Positions 25,425 to 32,000 of a stretch of DNA of 32,000 bases are shown piece after piece. The notes under the pieces are model-generated. The model was not told where the DNA came from. It made no database searches and worked only from the letters and a program-made list of their open reading frames with translations. The stretch is taken from NCBI RefSeq assembly GCF_900232105.1, contig NZ_LT934425.1, positions 840,001 to 872,000 of the forward strand, given 5' to 3'. A program made the translations under genes and the position numbers. The DNA comes from Candidatus Kuenenia stuttgartensis. Its GTDB lineage: Bacteria; Planctomycetota; Brocadiia; Brocadiales; Brocadiaceae. How positions within the stretch are numbered: position 1 is the first letter of the stretch; the number at the start of each line of letters is the position of its first letter.

Positions 25425-26327
25425 TTATGGTTCTCCAACAACCATAATTTCTGTATTCAGCGAATAGCCTGATTTTTCTTTTACCGTTTTCTGTGTGTAT
25501 TGAATTAGCGCCAAAACATCGTTTGCCTTAGCATTTCCCAAATTAACGATAAAATTTGCGTGTTTTCCGGAAATTTCTGCGTCGCCAATGCGCATTCCCT
25601 TCAGCCCCGCCTGTTCTATCAATCTTCCTGCCCCAACATCCTCTATTTTCTTAAAAACTGAGCCGCAACTGGGAAATTCCGGCAATTGAGGCTGTTTTGT
25701 TTTGCGCCACTCCCGATTCGCTTCCATAACTGATTTTATTTCTGATTTCGGTTTTTGTGAAAGCTGGAAGGTTACATCAAGCACAATATCTTTCTGTTTA
25801 TGCAAGATACTCGTATCATATCCAAACCGGAAGTACTCACCATCAACCGTTGTACTATTCCCATCTTCCGCTAAAATACGGCTCTTGCTGACTATTCCGG
25901 AAATAAATATGGTGTGTTTTCTGTCAGGAGATAAAAAATGCAGATTTTGCCATATTGCGCCGCCTACAGTACTCGGAATATCCACAAAATGCTCAAACCC
26001 TGATAGTCCTCGTTGATAGCATAGATTAAGAAGGTCGCCAATAATCGCGCCACTTTCCGCAACCAATTTATTCTTTTCAAGGAAGGTCGTTTTGTTTGCA
26101 AGATTTCTGATCACAAGACCGCGAAATCCCTTATCGGTAAATAAGATATTTGCGCCGCAGCCAAGCAAAAAATAAGGGGTTTTTCTGCGCTTTGCCTCTA
26201 ATACCGCTTGTGTTAATTCTTCGGTGGTATGTACTTCAACAAACCAATCAGCGGGACCGCCTATTTTATAAGTAGTAAAAGGGGCGAGAGGTATGTTTTT
26301 TTTCAGGTTTGGTATGCTGAGTACCAT
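25425..26327 (-). CDS. murB: UDP-N-acetylenolpyruvoylglucosamine reductase (type II MurB)
   Basis: 300 aa. PLAPFTTYKIGGPADWFVEV, GCGANILFTDKGFRGLVI and SCGSVFKK motifs. Length and motif order are typical of short-form MurB. Confidence 0.9.
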   Translation of the reverse strand: MVLSIPNLKKNIPLAPFTTYKIGGPADWFVEVHTTEELTQAVLEAKRRKTPYFLLGCGANILFTDKGFRGLVIRNLANKTTFLEKNKLVAESGAIIGDLLNLCYQRGLSGFEHFVDIPSTVGGAIWQNLHFLSPDRKHTIFISGIVSKSRILAEDGNSTTVDGEYFRFGYDTSILHKQKDIVLDVTFQLSQKPKSEIKSVMEANREWRKTKQPQLPEFPSCGSVFKKIEDVGAGRLIEQAGLKGMRIGDAEISGKHANFIVNLGNAKANDVLALIQYTQKTVKEKSGYSLNTEIMVVGEP

Positions 26328-26379
26328 TTATTGTTTTTATTTTACTCTTTCTATAAAAGAGTGTAATTTGTCAGAGTGT

Positions 26380-26532
26380 GTAACACTTTAGTTTTTTGAA
26401 AAATTCTAATAATAACGATGTTTACTGCACAGTGTAGGGGCTAAGCATTTGCTGTAAATTGTCATAAATACGTTCATGCTCAAATGGGCAAAACGCTTCA
26501 CCCATACTTTTTCAAAAAAACTAGATCGTTAC
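26380..26532. mobile_element. MITE-like non-autonomous element with ~25-bp imperfect terminal inverted repeats enclosing a nested palindrome
   Basis: Left end gtaacactttagttttttgaaaaat (26380-26404). The right end (to 26532) reverse-complements to gtaacgatctagtttttttgaaaaagt, about 21/26 matches. The interior 26434-26507 is a degenerate palindrome homologous to 23693-23765. No ORF inside. Sits between the nqrF-like stop and the murB start. Confidence 0.65.
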
Positions 26533-26582
26533 TCAGGTTTTAATCTTTGAGAAGAATGAATCATGCGGCGGGTAGGCAGGTG

Positions 26583-28220
26583 TTATTTTTTATATGAATC
26601 CAGCAAAGCAACGAGGTCCTTATCTTTTTGCCCTGAGGTTTCGAGGATATTTCTCACCTTCCCGATAAAACTGTAGCCTTCTTCAATTTTATCCCTTAAA
26701 AGTAGTTGTACAACCAGTGTGAAGGTAAGTTTTTCGATGATTTTCCCGGCATCTGGTATGTTTGCGGCAAGCATTTTTTCTTTTAACTCTAATTTTTGGT
26801 AAAGAATATCTACCGAAGGAGTAAGCGTGCCGGTAAAATCATCAAACAGTGCGTTTTCTTTTTGGAGATTCAGCACGTTGGCGGCAGCATCAATTACGGT
26901 AACGGTCATAGGCGCCGGCCCGCAGAGATAAAATGCTATATCAGGGTCAGGGGTAAGGTATTTATTGAGCAGCGGCCCTATAAATCCCTTCTCCCCCTGC
27001 CATTGTTGCTCCTGCTCATCAATGTATCCTTGTTTTTTAGCTAGTTGTTTACCCTCATCGGCAAGACTCAAAAAGCACTTCTTATCTATTTCATTTAACA
27101 TGGCAGGGTCGTCATCGCGAAACGCACCGGAAAGTACAGGAATGAATTTAAAATTGGGGTTTTGCATTTGCCACTTTAACCATTTGGGCAAATACATTAT
27201 TGGAATATCCTGGAGTCGCCTTTCTCCCAGGAAAAATATCGCCTTCTCCTGCCTTCCCTCTATGAACCATTGTTCCAATAACGCCAATATTGGTGCAAGT
27301 CCTGCCCCTCCAGCCACAAATACCGCAGTGTGTGGTTCTGTTTTCAGAGAAAAATGGCCGTAAGGTCCTGTAAAATGTATTTTTTCGCCGAGAAAGAAAT
27401 TCCACAAACTCCGTTCCTGGGTATAGTGATGTACACAACTAGGCCCGATGCATGGGGCGCCACCACTTTCCACCGCCTTTGAAGGATCTACGGGGGCCAA
27501 TCGAACAATAAGCTTTAAAAGGTCTGGTTCGTATGAAGCGAGCGAATAGCCTCTATACATGGCATTCCCCGGTTTATAAGGAATAAATTCTTTCCCCAGA
27601 TTTTCACACGCCTTCTTTATATGAGTTTCGTATTTATTATAATGTTCCTCCACAAAATCTTCCGGAAGCATTAATTGAATATATTGACCGGGTTTATACG
27701 CAATAGGCTTTGAAGGTTTAAGCCATATTTCCATTTTATCGCTGGTGATCAGAATCTTTTTGACTGCCCTGGCTGTGTACTTTTTTACATTGAGGGTATC
27801 TTTTGACAGGTACAAACTAACATCCTTCTCCACCCGCACCTGACATGCCAGACGTTCATAACCATCTCCGATACCATCTTCCAGAAATTTTTTTGCATTT
27901 TCCCGGGAGCGCATATCAAAATGCGGCGTTTCAACGGCCGTATACAAACCGACATCGGTATAAAGTTTCACTTTACACTGACCGCATGTTGCCATCCCTC
28001 CACACGCCGCCGGAATATTAAAGCCATTGTTTTGTAATAATGATAAGAGCCTTTCTCCGCCTTCAATATTAAGCTCTTTCTTAAACTCATCATCACTTAT
28101 AACAGTTAGCTTTTGTTTTGCCCCACGCCCGAAAAACTGGAAGATGATCTCGCACACTAAACTTAGTGCCAATATGAGTACGGCGAGAATACCTGCGCCT
28201 AAAAATAAAGGGGTAAGCAT
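26583..28220 (-). CDS. nqrF: NqrF-like subunit: TM anchor, plant-type 2Fe-2S ferredoxin domain and FNR-like FAD/NAD(P)H domain, with an insertion and an 81-aa C-terminal extension
   Basis: 545 aa. N-terminal TM helix. Cys73/79/82/126 in ACGGMATCGQC...LACQV. FAD motif RGYSLAS. NAD motif VFVAGGAGLAPI. The canonical end YLCGPAPM...FDDFTG is followed by 81 more residues (nt 26586-26828). Confidence 0.85.
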   Translation of the reverse strand: MLTPLFLGAGILAVLILALSLVCEIIFQFFGRGAKQKLTVISDDEFKKELNIEGGERLLSLLQNNGFNIPAACGGMATCGQCKVKLYTDVGLYTAVETPHFDMRSRENAKKFLEDGIGDGYERLACQVRVEKDVSLYLSKDTLNVKKYTARAVKKILITSDKMEIWLKPSKPIAYKPGQYIQLMLPEDFVEEHYNKYETHIKKACENLGKEFIPYKPGNAMYRGYSLASYEPDLLKLIVRLAPVDPSKAVESGGAPCIGPSCVHHYTQERSLWNFFLGEKIHFTGPYGHFSLKTEPHTAVFVAGGAGLAPILALLEQWFIEGRQEKAIFFLGERRLQDIPIMYLPKWLKWQMQNPNFKFIPVLSGAFRDDDPAMLNEIDKKCFLSLADEGKQLAKKQGYIDEQEQQWQGEKGFIGPLLNKYLTPDPDIAFYLCGPAPMTVTVIDAAANVLNLQKENALFDDFTGTLTPSVDILYQKLELKEKMLAANIPDAGKIIEKLTFTLVVQLLLRDKIEEGYSFIGKVRNILETSGQKDKDLVALLDSYKK

Positions 28221-28232
28221 GTTTACTCCAAC

Positions 28233-29651
28233 CTAAAAAATACGAATCATTCCAATGCCGGTAAATATAGCGGCCATTATGCCAAGTAAAAGGATTGCTA
28301 TTGTATCTTCATCCCATGCATTTGTTGGCACAAAGAGACGCTGACGTCTCAACAATGCAAGCCAAACAGTAACCATTAGCCAGTGAAGTCCATACCCAAA
28401 CGCAGTAATGGTTGAAACCATAAAAGATGTGCCTGTAGGAATGGTAAATGTTGCACTGGCAAGTACAATACAATTTACGGTAATTAGTTCAAGAAACTGC
28501 CCCATTTGTTCATATGCCGTTCGTGCAAATTTTCTAAGCATCACGCTTAATGTTTGCACAAATACGGCAATGGTTACAATAAATACTGTCAGGTAGAAGA
28601 TTTTCTCCAGCCGTATTGACATGGATGAATATTTTGCTAAAACATCGCTTCCCATTATCAACACCTTATTATATACCACCCAGTTTAAAGCAGTAGAAAG
28701 CGTCATAACGATAATTACGGCAATCCCCATTTTCCATGCCGCATCTATTTGCCGTGATTTATTGAGCAACGGGCATATGCCTAAAAGTTTACTGAGTACT
28801 ATACCATCAAAGAAAAGGGCATTTAATAATATTGGCAAAAAAATAAGAAACTGAGTATGCAATGTCGGGCTGGTACGAATGTGTACAATGATACTTATAA
28901 ACAAACAGATGCCCAGCCCGATGGTAATTAACGATTTTCGGGAAATTTCAAACTTTGAACGCGGGGCAGGAACAGGGCCTTCTTCCGGTGTCTCAACAGC
29001 GGCGCATTCACATGAAGCCGCTTCCTGATAGACAATCCTTGCCTTGAGCAAGAAAGGACGCATCATGAGGCGAAATCCCGCCAATGCGAAAAATCCTCCC
29101 ACGGGAGTTATCATTAACACAACGCGAGGAAACGTTTCCGGAATTACGGAAAAGCCCATAATCGTGCCAAAACCCAGCGGTTCCCGCAGAAAGGCAAGCA
29201 ATATCAGCGCAAAAGCATATCCCATACACGCCTTTAAAATCTTTTTCTGCGCTTCCCAGAATGGCACCGTTAACCCTTCAGAAATTACGGCAAGCACTAT
29301 ACAATTAGTGGTAATAAGGTCGATATATGCCCTGATACTGGCAGCCACCTCCGGCACAAACGCCTGGGCAAAGAATGCAAAAATGGTCACAAACACCGAA
29401 ACAATAATCATTAAAAGCGAAATCTTGTGGTGTGATCCCGCTATGGTTATTAATCTTCGAAATGGATAAATTAAGGAAAAACTCCCCATTGCAACAAACA
29501 ACACACCAAGTCCCATCGTCAGAGAATTTTCGAGTTTATTCGTTACCGCCAAAGCAGAACAAAACCCTAAACCGGCGCCTGCGGTTAAAATAAGATTGTC
29601 TCTCAAGAAAAATTTAGAAGTTTTTCGTATATGTCGCTTTAGTCCTACCAT
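28233..29651 (-). CDS. Fused NqrD/RnfE-like and NqrE/RnfA-like membrane subunit
   Basis: ATG 29651 is preferred (GGAG RBS 7 nt upstream); the ORF track gives TTG 29675. Residue numbers below follow the ORF-track translation. The N-half motif GLGFCSALAVTNKLENSLTMGLGV (Cys39) with TTNCIVLAV (Cys125) resembles NqrD/RnfE. The C-half motif KLLGICPLLNKSRQIDAAWKMGIAV (Cys301) with TVNCIVLAS (Cys402) resembles NqrE/RnfA. The ~70-aa linker contains one extra hydrophobic helix. Confidence 0.8.
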   Translation of the reverse strand: MVGLKRHIRKTSKFFLRDNLILTAGAGLGFCSALAVTNKLENSLTMGLGVLFVAMGSFSLIYPFRRLITIAGSHHKISLLMIIVSVFVTIFAFFAQAFVPEVAASIRAYIDLITTNCIVLAVISEGLTVPFWEAQKKILKACMGYAFALILLAFLREPLGFGTIMGFSVIPETFPRVVLMITPVGGFFALAGFRLMMRPFLLKARIVYQEAASCECAAVETPEEGPVPAPRSKFEISRKSLITIGLGICLFISIIVHIRTSPTLHTQFLIFLPILLNALFFDGIVLSKLLGICPLLNKSRQIDAAWKMGIAVIIVMTLSTALNWVVYNKVLIMGSDVLAKYSSMSIRLEKIFYLTVFIVTIAVFVQTLSVMLRKFARTAYEQMGQFLELITVNCIVLASATFTIPTGTSFMVSTITAFGYGLHWLMVTVWLALLRRQRLFVPTNAWDEDTIAILLLGIMAAIFTGIGMIRIF

Positions 29652-30328
29652 TTCTGTTCTCCGGATTTTCTCCAAAATTCCTGTACTGCGTCATTGATAA
29701 ACTCCTCAATACCCCTGCTTGTATTGGTAGCACCGGTTATAGCATCAAATTCATTATCACCCGTAGCTTTCCGCTCCTTAACCATCTTGATTTGCGGTTT
29801 TAATTTCATTCCAACAAATTGCTTTTTAAATATATCTTCCGTCATTCTTCCACCAAGTCCAGGAGTCTCGCTGTGATCCAATACTTCTATCCCTTTCAGC
29901 GTTTCCATGTCAGGTTTCAGGCAAATAAACAAAGACATGGCGCTTGATTTATTATATCCATATCCTATCCTTGACCTGATAAACCCTATCCCTTGCAACT
30001 CTCCGTCTTTAATGAATTTATATACCTTCCCCTCTTCTTCGTTTTTTGCCCCGACAGCTTCGGTTTCATCAACGGTTATCGACGTATCAAATACTTCTCT
30101 TATATTATCTTTATCGTACCCTTTGATAGTAAAACCCATGATGGTTTTTTCAGTTGTACGGTATGGAATTCCAAAGATATCAAGAACAGCACGTTTTTCC
30201 TTTATTTCATGATATGCGGCAATTTTCGGTGCTGTATAAAAATATACCAAAAACAATCCGGTACACGGAATAAATGCAATGAAAAGGATCGAGAAAATAC
30301 GGAGTATAAACGTCTTAAATTCTTCCAT
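29645..30328 (-). CDS. nqrC: NqrC/RnfG-like FMN-binding subunit
   Basis: 227 aa. N-terminal TM anchor. DHSETPGLGG motif. Flavinylation motif DAITGAT (Thr201). Confidence 0.8.
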   Translation of the reverse strand: MEEFKTFILRIFSILFIAFIPCTGLFLVYFYTAPKIAAYHEIKEKRAVLDIFGIPYRTTEKTIMGFTIKGYDKDNIREVFDTSITVDETEAVGAKNEEEGKVYKFIKDGELQGIGFIRSRIGYGYNKSSAMSLFICLKPDMETLKGIEVLDHSETPGLGGRMTEDIFKKQFVGMKLKPQIKMVKERKATGDNEFDAITGATNTSRGIEEFINDAVQEFWRKSGEQKW

Positions 30329-30403
30329 AAATTATGTTTCGCTAAAACTTTGTGATAGTTAAATTAGTGGCTGTAAACTATTTTGCCGTTATCTTTTGTT
30401 ATT

Positions 30404-31507
30404 TCAGGTGCGGTATCTTATTTTTACCATCAACGATTGAATGGGTATTGCAAGCAAATTCATAAGCAATATAGCATACATTGCTCCTTCAGACAGTGTG
30501 GTATAATTCCTTAGCAACACGGTAATAAATCCACACCCTATGCCATATATCCATTTCGCCTTCTGATTATAGGTTGCTGTAATAGGATCTGTAATCATAT
30601 AAAAAGCACCCAATACTAACCCTCCGCTCAGGAGCTGAAAAATAGGCGGGGCAACATTTTCCTTTGACAGGAGTGAAAACATACCTGAAAAGATAAACAC
30701 GCTGCCAAAATAGGACACCGGCAACCGCCAGTTCGCAACCTTCATTTTTACAAGCCATATACCGGACAGTATAAGTGCTAATCGGCAGGTTTCTCCCAAA
30801 GAGCCATTCGCAGTACCTATGAGCAGGGAAAAATAAGAAGTGATGGTGCCGTCTGTCTTAAACGCGGTAAGCGGGGTAGCGTGGGTAATGGTATCAAGCC
30901 CATACCGCAAGGTATGAAGATCAGGTATACCGACAAAAGGCATCTGGTAGCCTGTCGCCAAAAGTGACGGGAAACATATTGTCAGGAACAATCGGCTAAA
31001 TAGCGCAGGATTCACCAAATTGTACCCAACGCCTCCCAATATATTTCTGAAGATAATGGCCATTGCTGCGCCAAAGCCTATCAGCCAGAGAGGCGCTTGT
31101 GGTGGCAGAATGGCGGGAACGAGCAGGCACGAAACAAACCCTCCCTCACTAATGTGATCTTCCCTGGCAATTATTGCCCATATCACATCAACAACAAACA
31201 CCCCAACAACAAGTGAAACAATCAATTTCGAAATCACACACTGTAACCCGTAAAAATACATCGCAGGAAACACCCATCCCATTGTCAGCGCAATAAGCAC
31301 AGCACCCATAAACTTTTTCGTGTCCGTGTTGTTTCGGATAAAGGGCTGTGTCTGCGCTGTATGTTTGGAGCTGCGCAACAAACCGTCAAACGCTTCAAAA
31401 ACTGCCCCAAAAAGGAAATTGACTGTTTCGTGGGTATGGATAAAGGTCTCTATCCTGTCAAGATTCTTATTAAGTGGCGATTCGAGTTTATTGAGTAATT
31501 TCTTCAT
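30404..31507 (-). CDS. nqrB: NqrB/RnfD-like polytopic membrane subunit
   Basis: 367 aa. The N-terminal cytoplasmic stretch resembles NqrB (ETFIHTHETV...PFIRNNTDTKK). Also ILPPQAPLWLIGFGAAMAIIF..GGVGYNLVNPAL. Flavinylation-type motif DTITHAT at nt 30875-30895. Confidence 0.85.
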   Translation of the reverse strand: MKKLLNKLESPLNKNLDRIETFIHTHETVNFLFGAVFEAFDGLLRSSKHTAQTQPFIRNNTDTKKFMGAVLIALTMGWVFPAMYFYGLQCVISKLIVSLVVGVFVVDVIWAIIAREDHISEGGFVSCLLVPAILPPQAPLWLIGFGAAMAIIFRNILGGVGYNLVNPALFSRLFLTICFPSLLATGYQMPFVGIPDLHTLRYGLDTITHATPLTAFKTDGTITSYFSLLIGTANGSLGETCRLALILSGIWLVKMKVANWRLPVSYFGSVFIFSGMFSLLSKENVAPPIFQLLSGGLVLGAFYMITDPITATYNQKAKWIYGIGCGFITVLLRNYTTLSEGAMYAILLMNLLAIPIQSLMVKIRYRT

Positions 31508-32000
31508 GCTTTTTGTACATCCGGCGATTTACATTCCTTGATGATCCGCAACAATTCAATTTTCGAAGGGCATGCAAAACTGCACAGACCGCATTCAATA
31601 CATTTTTCTATATCATAACTACGCACCTTCTGTTTTTCTCCTCTGTTGTAGGCCTGGTGGTACAAAGCAGGTTCTAAATTAACAGGGCAAATATCATCAC
31701 AGAAGTTACAATACACGCAGGCTCGCAATTCCCCAAGCAAATTAGTGGTAAAATGCAGCCTATCCGTGTTAATCATAGGAAACATCTCTTTCTTATCCTG
31801 CGCCGCCAGAACAACAATGTCATTTACCGTCCAGCCAATTTTTTGAGCAAAATCGTTAACTTCCATTCCTCTTAACGGACCGTTTATAAACACACGATAA
31901 GGGGCGGTCTCCTTTACCCTGTTTTTTAGTATTTTTTCAAGGGTTGTTCCCAACTGCACCTTGATAAACTCATTTTCCTTAAGACCTGTGCCCGAAAGGG
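31504..32000 (-). CDS. RnfC-like / NqrA-position subunit, C-terminal part (5' end outside the window)
   Basis: The reading frame stays open upstream of the ORF-track GTG (31959) to the window edge. Two canonical CxxCxxCxxxCP motifs, CVYCNFCDDICP and CIECGLCSFACP (nt 31570-31719), as in RnfC. ATGA overlap with the downstream NqrB-like gene. Confidence 0.7.
   Translation of the reverse strand, partial: LSGTGLKENEFIKVQLGTTLEKILKNRVKETAPYRVFINGPLRGMEVNDFAQKIGWTVNDIVVLAAQDKKEMFPMINTDRLHFTTNLLGELRACVYCNFCDDICPVNLEPALYHQAYNRGEKQKVRSYDIEKCIECGLCSFACPSKIELLRIIKECKSPDVQKA

Noticed and set aside
25425-26327. murB located away from other mur/fts genes, considered as an anomaly
   Set aside because: Stand-alone murB loci are common in many bacteria, and the window gives no information about the rest of the dcw genes. 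It is not informative on its own.
1-32000. Search for CRISPR arrays, tRNA/rRNA genes, integrases or transposases
   Set aside because: No regularly spaced direct repeats, no cloverleaf-like or rRNA-like segments, and no recombinase or transposase motifs were seen in any listed ORF. The only repeats are the MITE-like units reported above.

Overview
AT-rich (about 40% GC by eye, not computed) bacterial chromosomal window. All product calls come from reading motifs in the supplied translations; no BLAST or HMM was run.

**Layout**
- **213-2697 (+):** a B12-binding radical SAM gene overlapping an ATP-grasp gene.
- **2698-4086:** a small junk/mobile islet. It holds a partial MITE-like repeat, an MNT/HEPN toxin-antitoxin pair, a truncated macro-domain gene and GC-rich hairpins.
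- **4087-21999 (+):** 18 genes, almost all joined by overlapping start and stop codons.
  - They encode two complete FabF-type ketosynthases, each followed by a degenerate ketosynthase-like partner.
  - They also encode FabG, ACP, a FabZ-like dehydratase, a PaaK-like adenylating enzyme, a SPASM radical SAM and a second B12 radical SAM.
  - The remainder are two SAM methyltransferases, a CrtI-like flavoenzyme, an MMPL/RND exporter, a GT2 glycosyltransferase, a CE4 deacetylase, a TPR-like secreted protein and a small membrane protein.
  - No enoyl reductase, malonyl transacylase or thioesterase is present in the window.
- **22000-26582:** a vWA-TSP3-OmpA lipoprotein, a DUF523/DUF1722 fusion, a LITAF-like zinc-ribbon membrane protein, murB and two more copies of the palindromic repeat family.
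- **26583-32000 (-):** a hybrid Nqr/Rnf-type membrane redox operon. It runs from a first subunit with an RnfC-like 2x[4Fe-4S] motif through NqrB-like, NqrC-like and fused NqrD-NqrE subunits to an extended NqrF-like subunit.

**Interpretation**
From memory, the gene content and order match the candidate ladderane-lipid locus of anammox Planctomycetes (Kuenenia/Brocadia-like). The chemistry of that locus has never been assigned. This attribution is an inference and needs a database search. No rRNA, tRNA or CRISPR array was seen.
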